Assembly (NCBI RefSeq): GCF_000315625.1
Contig: NW_005434484.1
Coordinates: 35,871-87,487, forward strand
DNA length: 51,617 nt
Direction: 5' to 3'
DNA from: Guillardia theta CCMP2712
Taxonomy: Eukaryota > Protista > Cryptophyta
Shown here: positions 37,358 to 47,844 of the stretch, in pieces
Numbering within the stretch: the stretch's first letter is position 1
Layout: the number at the start of each line of letters is the position of its first letter
Notes under the pieces: generated by a model
What the model was told of the DNA's origin: nothing
Seen by the model: only the letters and a program-made list of their open reading frames with translations
Database searches by the model: none
Position numbers and translations under genes: made by a program

Positions 37358-37717
37358 ATGGCTCCTCCTCACGTTCTTCGTCCCGTCCTCCCCCTCCTCC
37401 CCCCTTCCCCCAGCTCGTCCCCGTCGCTTGACCTCTCGTTCTTGCCCTCCCCTCCCGCACCTGCTACGGACTCTGACTCTCCCCCCATGCCCTCGTCGAC
37501 TCCGGCCTCCTCTCTCCCTCCTTCCAGCGGCTCCTCCCTCGGCCTCGGCCCTACCCGCAGGAGGCAGCTCGACGCCCTCCAGCACTGCATCAAGCTCCTC
37601 ACCGACTCGGACAGGCCCGAGGCCCTCAAGTCCTTGCCGGGCGTCACCTGGACAGAACGCCAGGGACGGGGAGGGCAGGAGGCGAGCAGAAGAACAACGA
37701 GAGGAGGGGGGAGATGA
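37358..37717 (+). CDS. Small unknown protein, family copy B1 (119 aa)
   Basis: MAPPHV...GPTRRRQLDALQHCIKLLTDSDRPEALKSLPGVTWTERQGRGG, with AATAAA at ~37775. Confidence 0.55.
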   Translation: MAPPHVLRPVLPLLPPSPSSSPSLDLSFLPSPPAPATDSDSPPMPSSTPASSLPPSSGSSLGLGPTRRRQLDALQHCIKLLTDSDRPEALKSLPGVTWTERQGRGGQEASRRTTRGGGR

Positions 37718-38024
37718 CAAGGAGGAGGAGAGGAGGGAAGGGCTGTGTCGGTGTAGGGTGCGGATACGGCACGTAATAAAGACGTGATAGAAGCTTTCAC
37801 GGGAGGTTGGGCGAGGAGAGGAGAGGAGGATATCATGACAGGTGCTTGCAGTATTAGAGACCTCCGACTTTGACGAATATACCTCCGTACTCACCTTCGA
37901 GTCCTCAGCCACCCAGTCAGACTTTCCTCAAGGAAGTTGAGGCTGCTCTGTGCTGCTGTATGGTATCATAGCCTATCGCTCATTGTAACAGCATACTGCT
38001 GGCGTGCTCTCTCAGCCAACACCT

Positions 38025-38165
38025 CCTCCTCCTCTCCTATACTCGCCCAACCTCCTCTCCCATGCTCGCCCAACCTCCTCTCCTATGTATGCTTGGCCAA
38101 CCTCCTCTCCTCCCCTCGCCCAACCTCCTCTCCTCGCCCAACCTCCTCTCCTATGCTCGCCCAAA
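38025..38165. repeat. Short tandem repeat (ctcgcccaacctcctctc) in the IR2 spacer/inner arm
   Basis: About 6 imperfect copies of cgcccaacctcctctc. Confidence 0.8.
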
Positions 38166-38184
38166 CTTCCCGTGAAAGCTTCTA

Positions 38185-38631
38185 TCACGTCTTTATTACT
38201 GTAATTACTGCTGTATACACCCTACACTGCTTGTCCTCTCCCTCCCCTCCTCCTCCTTGTCCTCTCCCTCCTCCTCTCGTTGTTCTTCTGCTCGCCTCCT
38301 GCCCTCCCCGTCCCTGGCGTTCTGTCCAGGTGATGCCCGGCAAGGACTTCAGGGCCTCGGGCCTGTCCGAGTCGGTGAGGAGCTTGATGCAGTGCTGGAG
38401 GGCGTCGAGCTGCCTCCTGCGGGTAGGGCCGAGGCCGAGGGAGGAGCCGCTGGAAGGAGGGAGAGAGGAGGCCGGAGTCGACGAGGGCATGGGGGGAGAG
38501 TCAGAGTCCGTAGCAGGTGCGGGAGGGGAGGGAGGAGGGGAGGGCAAGAACGAGAGGTCAAGCGATGGGGAAGAGATGGGGGAAGGGGGGAGGTGAAAGA
38601 GGAGGTTGGGAGAAGGATACAGAGGAGCCAT
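38185..38631 (-). CDS. Small unknown protein, family copy B2 (148 aa)
   Basis: MAPLYP...GPTRRRQLDALQHCIKLLTDSDRPEALKSLPGITWTERQGRGG; inverted copy of B1 with a longer C-terminus. Confidence 0.55.
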   Translation of the reverse strand: MAPLYPSPNLLFHLPPSPISSPSLDLSFLPSPPPSPPAPATDSDSPPMPSSTPASSLPPSSGSSLGLGPTRRRQLDALQHCIKLLTDSDRPEALKSLPGITWTERQGRGGQEASRRTTRGGGRGQGGGGEGEDKQCRVYTAVITVIKT

Positions 38632-39009
38632 CAAGACAGAGGCTGAAGCTAGACGTCAGATGCGAGGTCAAATCAGACGCCAGACGTCAAGGGATGTATA
38701 GAGGGGCAGGCAACCATGTGGTAGGGATCCAGGTAACGTGACATAGCGGAACTAAAGGGGGCGGAGAACGGGGAACTCGGAATATATATCGTCAGCCTCG
38801 TGACTGCCTGAAGTGACTTGAAGGAGTCGCATGGGCCTTACAGGCGGATATTTCCATGTTGCCGTGCCAATGCCGTGAGAACAACTTTACGGTAGGAGTC
38901 ACGAGGAAAGTCAATTGATCATATTGAAAACGATTTTTAGTCAATAATTCAAGCACAGGCTAGGCCACTGTTGCCTCGCTACTAGCTTAGCCCACGGTAC
39001 TGAAAAGTT

Positions 39010-39422
39010 TCCCCGCGGGGGCCCGCGGCCGGGCCGCGCTGCCCTGGCCCGGCCGCTGCGCCGGCGGCACGCGGCCGCCGCTGGGGGCCGGCCCCGCCGT
39101 GTGAGCACTGAGCCTGTCACGGTGCCACCGGGTGAGCCGGGCGACCGGCCGTACGCCCGTGACGCGGGCCGGGCCCGCCGGCGCAGTCACCGCGGTCAGT
39201 CCGACCGTCACTTCAAGCCGAATGCCCGGCAGTGCCCGGCACCGTGACCGCACTGTTGCCACGGTACGGTACCTGCCCGGCGGGCCTGACCCTCCAAGCC
39301 TCACAGATCAATGAGCTGCCCGCCGTCCGGCGCCGCGGGCAAGACGGCAGCACGCCGGCGCGGCCCGCCTGCCACGGTACCGTACGGCCGCCCGCCCGCC
39401 GTTCGCCGGGCCGGGGCCCGGC
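39010..39422. promoter_or_regulatory. Very GC-rich CCGG/GGCC island upstream of a + strand gene
   Basis: About 400 bp dominated by ccgg/gccg/cccg words, with no convincing ORF. Confidence 0.4.
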
Positions 39423-39808
39423 AAGTTTAGTTCAGTGTGCGTTTAGCCTAAAGTCTAAATGCGGAAACACAGTGGCGATGGCTTGAGGGGATGGAACGGG
39501 GGCATGATGTGAGAGGAAAAAAGAGGCGAAATGTTGTGATGAAGATGATGGAGAGGAAATGATTCAATCCAGGATCATTGGAAATCTGAAGAAGATAGGC
39601 TGAGGATGAGACAGAGGTAGCCATTTTGTGTTAGCCATGTGTTGATCTGAAGTGAGCGTGTAAGATCAAGCCATCGAAAGCATATGCATAGGTCATATTC
39701 AATTTACAGATCAGAGATAGTGTTTGCTTTCACAACTTGCCTGTACGATCTGTCCAAGTGATCTCTTCATGGCAGGAATCCCATTCTTTGATCAGTTGAT
39801 CCGAGACT

Positions 39809-40191
39809 ATGTTCGCTATCCTGGTCCGGGCGTTTGCTCATGGGGAGATGTTGTACGCGCTCCCCTCAGGCACGGAGAGGGTAAGATGGTTGTTCTCCTG
39901 TGCGATCCCGCTCAATCGATGGCATCTCCAGGTTGTTACCGGGGAGGAGGGGAAGTCCGCAGTGAACTCGGCACTAGCGGCTGCGGCAGGAGGAGGGGCT
40001 CTCGGTCAGAGCGACCTCTCTCTTGCCAAGAAGCTAGCCGTCTCTCCCGAGCTCCTGCACAAAGAGAAGCTCAAGGCCAAGGAAGGTTTCTGCGAGACTG
40101 CCCTCTGGAACTGTACCGATCTCTGTGAGATTACCTTGCGTCTGCTGGTTTGCCTGCTAACCGTGACTGTCCAATAGATGGATCCAACTGA
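39809..40191 (+). CDS. Small hypothetical protein (~93 aa, 3 exons)
   Basis: ATG 39809. Introns 39881-39931 (gtaag..ccag) and 40125-40177 (gtgag..atag) give MFAILVRAFAHGEMLYALPSGTER|VVTGEEGK...CETALWNCTDLYGSN*. Confidence 0.55.
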
Positions 40192-40507
40192 AACATGCGA
40201 GTCACCTGAAGGACAGACGTGCTTCTGAGCAATGAGATCGTTCTATGGGGCTAGGATAGTTTAGTTGATTCTTCAATTTCATTCCTATCTTAGATGAAGA
40301 CTTGTCGCTTTGAAGGAACTGAGACCGACAACAATCAATGAACAAGTACTAAGGTTCACACCAAGTAGAGAGGTACGAATCAAGCTTGAAGCACAAAGAA
40401 CGAACTATAGTACAACACCACAAAGAAGTTAGGTTTCAGTCGAAGCGATCGTCTCCGTAATACTCCTCAGAGTAGACAACAGCCTTTACGATCTGTCAGT
40501 GCCAACA

Positions 40508-41560
40508 ATGGCGCGAGGAAAACCTCACCTGCACAGCCTCACGGAACTCGATCTGCTTCCTATTCAGTCCATTCTTCATCCACCACGACACAAACTCTTC
40601 CTGAGAGATAACGCCATCGCTGGTAACACCTTGTCAGATCTACTTGTCACAGACGAGGAGTTTTCACCCGTTAACGTCGATTTCCCTCAGATATTCGCTT
40701 ATTTCATCGACGTCTCCATAACCCGCATTTCCCAGCACAACTGCAAGACTGCCAACACATCATTCGGATGGGAAATAGTGCCAAATAAATACGCTAACCT
40801 GTGCATTTCAGAATGGTCGATCACGCCATTTTCGTCAAGATCGATAAGAGAAAATGCTTCCTGTTTCCACATCCATCACCCAAAAGGAAAGAGGGAAAGC
40901 AGAACGCACAAGGATACAGTTGATATCTTGCGTATCGGGGCAATTATGCTTCAACCGCTGGCACTTAGAACTGCTGCGAATGGTTGGTTCGTAGTTCATG
41001 GCAGGGCTCATCGCCGCTCCATTCTCGTTCAAGCGAGTGCTGCTGATTGCGCGGAATTCTTTACGGACAGGAAAGAATTGTTTGCGTGTAGCCCTTGACA
41101 CCCCGTTGAAGATGCCGGCAGAAAGTGCTCTTGAGAAATTTATCCTGAGCATCCCGAGAATGCCAAGATGAAGATTTCTGGAAGCTTTTGATGACGATCG
41201 TTGGGGTCTGCAGCAGAAGAAAACAGGATCAGTTTTCGAAACAACAGGAACGAAGCAGAATAAGACACCAATGAAGCGACCCATCTCGAAGAAACCAGAC
41301 ACTCAAGTCAACTAACAAGGAACTCTTCGATATGAGCGAGACAGACATAGAAGGTAAAAGGATAGACCCCTCCAGCTCTAAATCCATAATGAGCACTCCG
41401 TCGTCAACATCGCAGAGCCCTCCCCAAATCTCATCAGCAGCGACCTAAATCTTATCCGTTTCTATCCACTCGACCCGATTTCGATTTCTACGGAACTTTT
41501 GAACCTCTCTTTCTCTCTCTGCTGCCAACTTTATTCCTGCCAACTTGAATAAATTGGCAT
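40508..41560 (+). CDS. Possible multi-exon hypothetical gene; model unresolved
   Basis: A 199-aa ORF and several splice-like signals (gtaac..cag, tttcag, gtaaaag), but no recognisable motif. Confidence 0.25.
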
Positions 41561-41994
41561 GATCCACAGTGAATCAAAGGCATCTACCTCGGCCAACCCT
41601 CCACACACCAAGAAGCAAATCTAGATAGTTTGCATGCATTAAGGAAGTCAATTCCCTCTTTCTTCTATCTCTCTATGTCATCCATGCCCTCCAGCAAAGT
41701 ATGGAAGTTCAACGTCTAGATCAATCCACTTCTTCCCAGCAACGGTACCAAACTCTCACTCAAAAATTCAACACAACTTCGATTCCTTACTCTCAGTGAT
41801 GATCAAGGACAGAGCAATCATGCCCTTCTTCCTCCTCGCTCTCCTGCACGTACATCTGCAAAGAACAAGTCGAAGACGACCCGTGGCTACACTTGCTCCC
41901 GCTGCTCTTGCTTCTGCTCCTTCTGCTCCTCCGCCTGCTCCTGTTCCCCCACATTGCCATTGAAAGATTCGGTTTCACCCACAACAGTCACGCA

Positions 41995-42775
41995 GGGGTG
42001 GGTTGATCTTCAACTTGAGGGGTAGGGTACTTTTTCCACTGTGTATGAGGGGTACTAGGGTGCACATCCACAGGTGGAGGTGTTTAGAAGGATACCCCAG
42101 CCTGTAGCTGACACACTTGCAAATCAAAGGGTGGGGTAGTGTGAACAGGGGTGGGTTGTCCGGATATACTCACAAGGTTAGCTCTGATGGGGTAGGGTGG
42201 GTAGGTCATGACGGTGGGTAGGGGTAATTTTACGTACGACCGGAAGGACAGCATCTCGATAGATCTCATCGGATTCTGGGGGTAGGCAAGACAAAGGGTA
42301 GGGTGTAGTGAAAAAATAAGGGGTACTTTGAGTCGCTCTCTGAAATATTTGGAATAAGTGGGGTAGGGGGTCAATGGTTCTCTATAAAACAAGTTCATGC
42401 CCTAGGTAGTACAGGCTGTATAAGGGGGTACTCTTGAAATTTTGTTTTTTTCCAGGAACCATCAAAACTAGGGGGGTGAGGGGTACTGAAGAGAGGGTCG
42501 TATGTATGTTTCAGCTTGACAGAACCTTGCAGGGGTAGTCCGAGCAGGCTTTTAAACGGGGAGACCGATGCCCATTAGACTACCCTATAAATGGTAGGGT
42601 AGTCCATTGAGGAAAGTAGAGGTGTTGGAAGTACCATTCACGCGCAATGCAATCCTTTACTAGGTGGGGTAGTAAAGGTATAAAGTGAAGGGACTCAAAG
42701 GTAAAAGACCGGTACATTTTCCCAAATAAATCGGGTATTCCAGAGGTAGGGTACTTTTAAAATGGAGGAGGTACG
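41995..42775. repeat. GGGTA-dense non-coding tract
   Basis: About 20 GGGTA words in ~780 bp (counted by eye), nearly all on the + strand and non-tandem. Confidence 0.7.
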
Positions 42776-42794
42776 ACCGCCCGGGACTGTTGAG

Positions 42795-44804
42795 TTATCC
42801 TGGGCTGGTCAACATGGCAGCGACGACTACAAGACTGGAAGCGAAGCGATGCTGGCGTTCTCGTTCCTGCCGGCAAGAAGAGGAAAGATGAGAGACTGAA
42901 AGAAGGAGGAGGAGGAGGAAGGTACCCAGGGAGGGATCTCCAGACTTGCGCCCAGACCTTGTTGGCGCTCTCGTCGCAAGTCTCCTTGAAAACATCCTTA
43001 GCAACAAGATCAGACCGTCTGGGTCTTGCAGTGCGAGGGCAGAGAGACTTACAGGCTCGAAGTCTTCAAGAAGTTCAGCGCTGCAGAGGCAACTTTAGTA
43101 CAAGAGCAGAGAATGAGTCAAGAGGGGAGGAAGGAACGCGAGCATCAGGAGCGCGTGCAAGGCAGGTGATATGAGTCGTAGATGGAAAGATGCATCGAGG
43201 AAGAAGAGAACGGATAGCAAGAATGCAGGTGATAACGGATGAGAGGCAAGAAGACATGGGATCACGAGACTTACTCGCAGTAGACCAAGTCGCTTGCTGA
43301 GAGCATTTCTTCGTCGCCATTGCTCGCAACTTTGCCAGCGTCCCCAGCCTCTGCAAGCAGCCAACCATGATTCTCCAGCTCTCCCTGTAGCTGTCTTGGA
43401 CCCCAGCTGGAGGCAAGTCAACGCATGACCTGCCGCATGGCTCACCCCTCACCCGGCAAAGCCCATGATGAACTTGAAGTCCGAGGTCTTGGCCTCCCCT
43501 CGTCTTACTGTAGGCCCCCGGTGCAATAAGGAGAGATTGAGGAGCGACCGCAGTCAGCAAGAAGAGGAGGAGCAACGAGGGGAAGGGAGGAACAGAGGGG
43601 AGGAGGAGAAGGTGGAGGGACGATGAGCTAACAACAACTTGAATCGACTACAGAATGAGAGAGGGCTGAAGAATGAGCACCAACCTTTCTCGGACGCAGC
43701 GTCCAGGTCGCACTGCCAGTAGACTCCATCCAAGATCTTAATAAATCCAGTCTCAGAGGTATCTCTCTTGGTCGCAAGAGAGGAGGGGGACTCTGCACAA
43801 GTGGAGAGAAGGGTGGAGACAAGGCATTTTGCATCGAGCAGGTGCACAAAGGTGTACCTTGCACGAACCCTCCAAGTCGCCATGCGGATGCAGTATAGAA
43901 ATGAAATTCGACGACATTCCCTGTCAACAGCAGGTCAGATAGCTTCGTCCTCCTCTGCGAGGTGCTCCATACTCCTCCTTTGTACACTGGGCAATCAGCA
44001 AATTCGCGCAGACCTCGCTTCACCTGCCATTGCGATCAGCAAGCTCGACTGTGCGCGCTCGACATGCACATTCTGGCTCCTACTACCGGCCGATGACGAT
44101 TTCATGAGATCTGAAACCTGTCAGGAATCTCGACGTCAGCCATGACAGTCAGGTCCTCACAACAGCTGCATGATACAACCTTCAGTTTCGTTTTCCGATT
44201 CACCATCACTCCCAGAGTTCCATCCGCCTCCTCGTGCTAGACAACGGAGGACATTAAGGAGATAAAAAGGGAGGGGAGAGAGAAAGCTTACCTTCAGGAT
44301 GATCAGGATCCCCCTGTTGAGACTAAATGACAAGAGCGGATGGGCCAGCAGAAACTGTCCTCGTTCGAATGAGCCTTCCTTTGCAACCTTGATATTGTAC
44401 TTCTGCCCAGCACTCGAGGGAACATTGTCGAAAATCCCGAGCTCTCGCGCCTTTGCAAGGTTTCTCTCTAGGACTTTAATCGCGCTGGTAGCAGCATCGA
44501 ATAGAAGGTCCTTGTTGGTATTGCCATCCAACGGAGATCGGAAGGCTTCACGGATGACGTGGACTGCCTTGACCTCTGGCAGGTAGAAGGTTCCTCCACC
44601 ATTCATCTTCCTCACGTAAGGCTCCATAAACCTTTGCTCCTTGGTCGCAACCTTGTCCTCTGAAGGCTTCCAAGATTTGGTCCGATGATCATAAAATCTT
44701 CCAGGGGTGGCGATGAGCAGAGCTTTGATTCCCGGGTTCTTGTCATGCTGCTTGGCCGTTCGAAAAAGAATCCGATAGAAAGATCGTACAACTCTCGCTG
44801 ACAT
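42795..44804 (-). CDS. DUF179 (AlgH/YqgE-like) protein with an LYR-like N-terminus
   Basis: Spliced reading gives GQFLLAHPLL..NRGILII, GTLGVMVNR, PVYKGG, ISILHPHGDL, ILDGVYW, DFKFIMGFAG|WGPRQLQGELENHGW and VWAQVWRSL. The N-terminus reads VVRSFYRILFRTAK..VIREAFR. ATG 44804. Confidence 0.8.
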
Positions 44805-45943
44805 GTTCAAGGATAGGAGGAAAGGTGCTCGTGAACTCAAATCCCTGGATCCTGTGTCATGTGGTCCGGATTTTCATGCATGCCTCGCACACGATCACTG
44901 GTTCCACCAGCCCCTCCTTCTCCAACGAATGTGCAGACGGCCTGCAGAAACCAGTCATCATCCTTGATAAAATTTGTGTTTGCAGCTAATGGAAAGGTTG
45001 GAGGGGGTCCGAGGGAGGCGGGAAACGTGAAGAGAGCTTGTGCGGAGCAAGTGCAATACTTCATGTGAAGATGTAGAGGACATTTGATCAGCACAATACC
45101 ACAGGCACAACATTCTCAAAAATAATAGGTATGCAAAGGCGATAGTAGTTTCTTATAGACTGGATTGTGCGTTATACCAAAACATCCATCTGTTGCACTC
45201 CCTGGTACACACACCATACTGCCAACACAACTCTGTCTGAATCACATGGATAAACATCATTCAATACACTTTTACTTCACTCTCCTCCTCTCCTCTTACA
45301 GTGCCATCAACTTTCCTGTCGACCTCTCTCTAACCACATTTTCGCTCCAACCACAGTGTCGAATCCTTCACAAGTCTCTGTGCCCTCCACCTCTACCTTG
45401 ATCTTTCACCATTATCACTTCTGTCTGAAACCAATCCCTTCTAGTCCACGTAAGCCCTCCTCCTGACTACATGCATCACCCCCAGTATCCATCGAGATCA
45501 TTTCCTTTCCAGCCTCTGCTGGAAAAAACTCCCCGTCATCCTCCTCCCACCATCTCTACCTGTTCCTTCTCCTTCCCTCTGATCGCATTTCTCCATGACT
45601 CCGTTAGCAATTGTTCGTCCCCTTCCTTGCTCTCCTGCTGCTTCCTCCGCTTCCCCCCTCCCCTTCATTCCGTTCCCGGTCACTGCCTATTTGCTACTGC
45701 ATTTTGGACATCACCTGCAAATTCCCTTAAAAAAACATTGTTATATATACATATTTACATTGTTGTGCTGTATACAATTTTGTTGATAGTACAAAATTTT
45801 GTACTATTTTTTATAATTATGTATTTATATTAGCTGATCCTCCAGGTTATTCAGCTTTTATGTTTCTATGTGGGGGAGTCTCTGGTACAAACAAAAACGT
45901 TGTGGTTGACATATAAAATAAAAGGACCGAGGATCACACTAGC

Positions 45944-45984
45944 CTTTACTCAAAGTTAAGTTAAAGATCAGTACGAGGACAATC
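45944..45984. repeat. Dispersed 41-bp motif, copy 3
   Basis: ctttactcaaagttaagttaaagatcagtacgaggacaatc, followed by a palindrome and a GC-rich CCGG patch. Confidence 0.9.
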
Positions 45985-45987
45985 AGC

Positions 45988-46011
45988 CTGATGAGTCACA
46001 TGACTCATCAG
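45988..46011. promoter_or_regulatory. Perfect 11-bp-arm palindrome containing two TGA(G/C)TCA (AP-1/GCN4-like) sites
   Basis: ctgatgagtca-ca-tgactcatcag. Confidence 0.5.
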
Positions 46012-46322
46012 CCTGGGCAGTGATGAGAGTCATCGGACTCTGCCAGAGCCGGACGCCGGGCCCCGGCCCGGCCGGCCGTGCCGGCCGCGCAGAAGCGGCG
46101 GCCCTTTACTAGGCTCACTCGGAAGTTGAAGTGATCATGTCACATCGCCAGGCTATGATAACTGAGTGTTGAAGTGACTCACTGCCGCTATTCTTTTTCT
46201 GGGGGGGGGGCGACCCAGATGATGATGAAGATACTACAGCGCATCGGAGACAGCAGCAACAAGGCTCACCGGAACTCTACCGTGGCAATTCAGGACAGCG
46301 CTATCCACAAGACTCCATGACA

Positions 46323-46831
46323 TGATGGCAAGTCTAGCCGCTGAGCCAGCATACCTGGAACCGTGAAGAGTACCTTCACTGACATACCACGTGACCTCTC
46401 GGGGCGACTCTAGCACAAACTGCTATTGCTCCTACGGAACAGGACAGCACGGCGGTGATACGGAGTCACCTCTGAGAAACTTCTGAGAGCGCCTGCAACG
46501 TGAAACGCCGCGGACTCGAGAGGAAAATTCTCGCAAACGTGAGTTTACTGCACCTCCTCGTGATCAGAACATTTTACAGCTTACCAAGCGCGACCCGACA
46601 TCCAAAGCAAAGGATACCCGCATTTACTCTCAGTCTCTCGCAAGGATGCAATCCAGCGGTAGAAAACGTCTCCACTTCTTCAACAAGAGTCAAGACCCGT
46701 TACAAGATTCTGAAGAGTTGCAAGAACGAAGTACTTCATCAGGGACACGAATCATGAACAGTACCAAGCTCTCGTCTCACAGCACAAAAACAACAGGGGA
46801 CAAAAATTCTGTGGTGGCCGTGATGGCCTGA
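46323..46831 (+). CDS. Possible small multi-exon hypothetical gene
   Basis: ATG near 46323, splice-like sites and a terminal ORF ending VVAVMA*; no recognisable motif. Confidence 0.25.
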
Positions 46832-46889
46832 GTGAGTGCCGCTCGAACTTGAATGCGGTGGAAAGAGGCACTGGATTCATCACGTTCTC

Positions 46890-47844
46890 TCAACCCTCTT
46901 TGCTCATCAAACACCATGACCTGACACCCTCCCTCTGCTCCCGGCGAACTGGAAGATCAAACAGCAGCGTCCAGCAGCAACATGAGTGAAGGTATCTACA
47001 GCTGAGTGCTACCCTTGACACTCTTCCGACGCCCTCACACCGCCTCCACGTCCATCTGCAAGTTGCCTGCTCAACAACCGTCAGCGACCCCCGGCAACCG
47101 ACAAGGGCGAGCGAGACCGAGCAGGTTGAAAGGACGCGACTTGATCTGCCATGGTCCATCACAAGAAAGAACAGGTCAGGTAGTTCCCACCTGGCGCCCA
47201 GCAAACGCGGGGAAGACGCCGGGCCTCGCCCTCGACCTGCTCGCATGTCGGCGCGTTGGTCTTACCCGCTGCAGTAACCCATCAGACGACTTCCTCCTCC
47301 CTCCACGCTCACAGACCGATCTCATCCTCAAACTCGTTCTCTTGTGCTCTTTAGCAGCCTCGAGCCTCTCCCACGTCCTCGCAGATGCAGCAGGAGTGTG
47401 CGAGGCAACATGCTCTTGCCCACCCCTCGCCTGCTGCCCATCGTCCTGTTCGCTGGGGCTCAGAGCCTGCGCGTACTGTCGGAGGGACCCGGCAAGGCTG
47501 GCGAGGATCTTCTTGGACGTGTGCGCTACTGGCTTCTTCAGCTTAGCGATGTTCTTGTCGATGTCGACGGACGCGCTTCTCAGCTCCTCAGCGTCGTACT
47601 TGTGGCCGAGAGCAAGCCGGGCCTCCTTCTCTGCCTCCTTGGCTGCCTGCTGGTAGAGTTTTGCCTTGAGCGAGTAGTCGCTCACTGACTCAGGGGTCAG
47701 CTGCCCCGCTGCCGGTCGCTCCCCCCAGGACCAGCCCGAGCTGAGCTGGAGCAGGATGTGCGAGTCCTGATTCTTCTCGTACACCACGAGCACCACAAGA
47801 GCCAGCGCTGCCATGACGGCAACCAAGTCCCTGGAGAGGGACAT
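46890..47844 (-). CDS. Hypothetical protein with an N-terminal signal/TM segment (multi-exon; 3' end uncertain)
   Basis: MSLSRDLVAVMAALALVVLVVYEK followed by a helical, charged region (222-aa ORF); downstream exons probable. Confidence 0.6.

Larger units (their letters stand above)
37310..38700. repeat. Long inverted repeat IR2: arms ~37310-37830 and ~38140-38700, with degenerate extension to ~37169 and ~38805
   Basis: tctgacgtctagcttcagcctctgtcttgatggctcct (~37329) pairs with aggagccatcaagacagaggctgaagctagacgtcaga (~38623-38660). Inner ends are gtaataaagacgtgatagaagctttcacggga and tcccgtgaaagcttctatcacgtctttattac. Confidence 0.93.

Noticed and set aside
41995-42775. Interstitial telomere array
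   Set aside because: The GGGTA words are dispersed rather than tandem telomeric repeats; kept only as a motif-dense tract.
45988-46011. CTGATGAG resembling a hammerhead ribozyme core
   Set aside because: No GAAA follows the short stem; the sequence is simply a palindrome.
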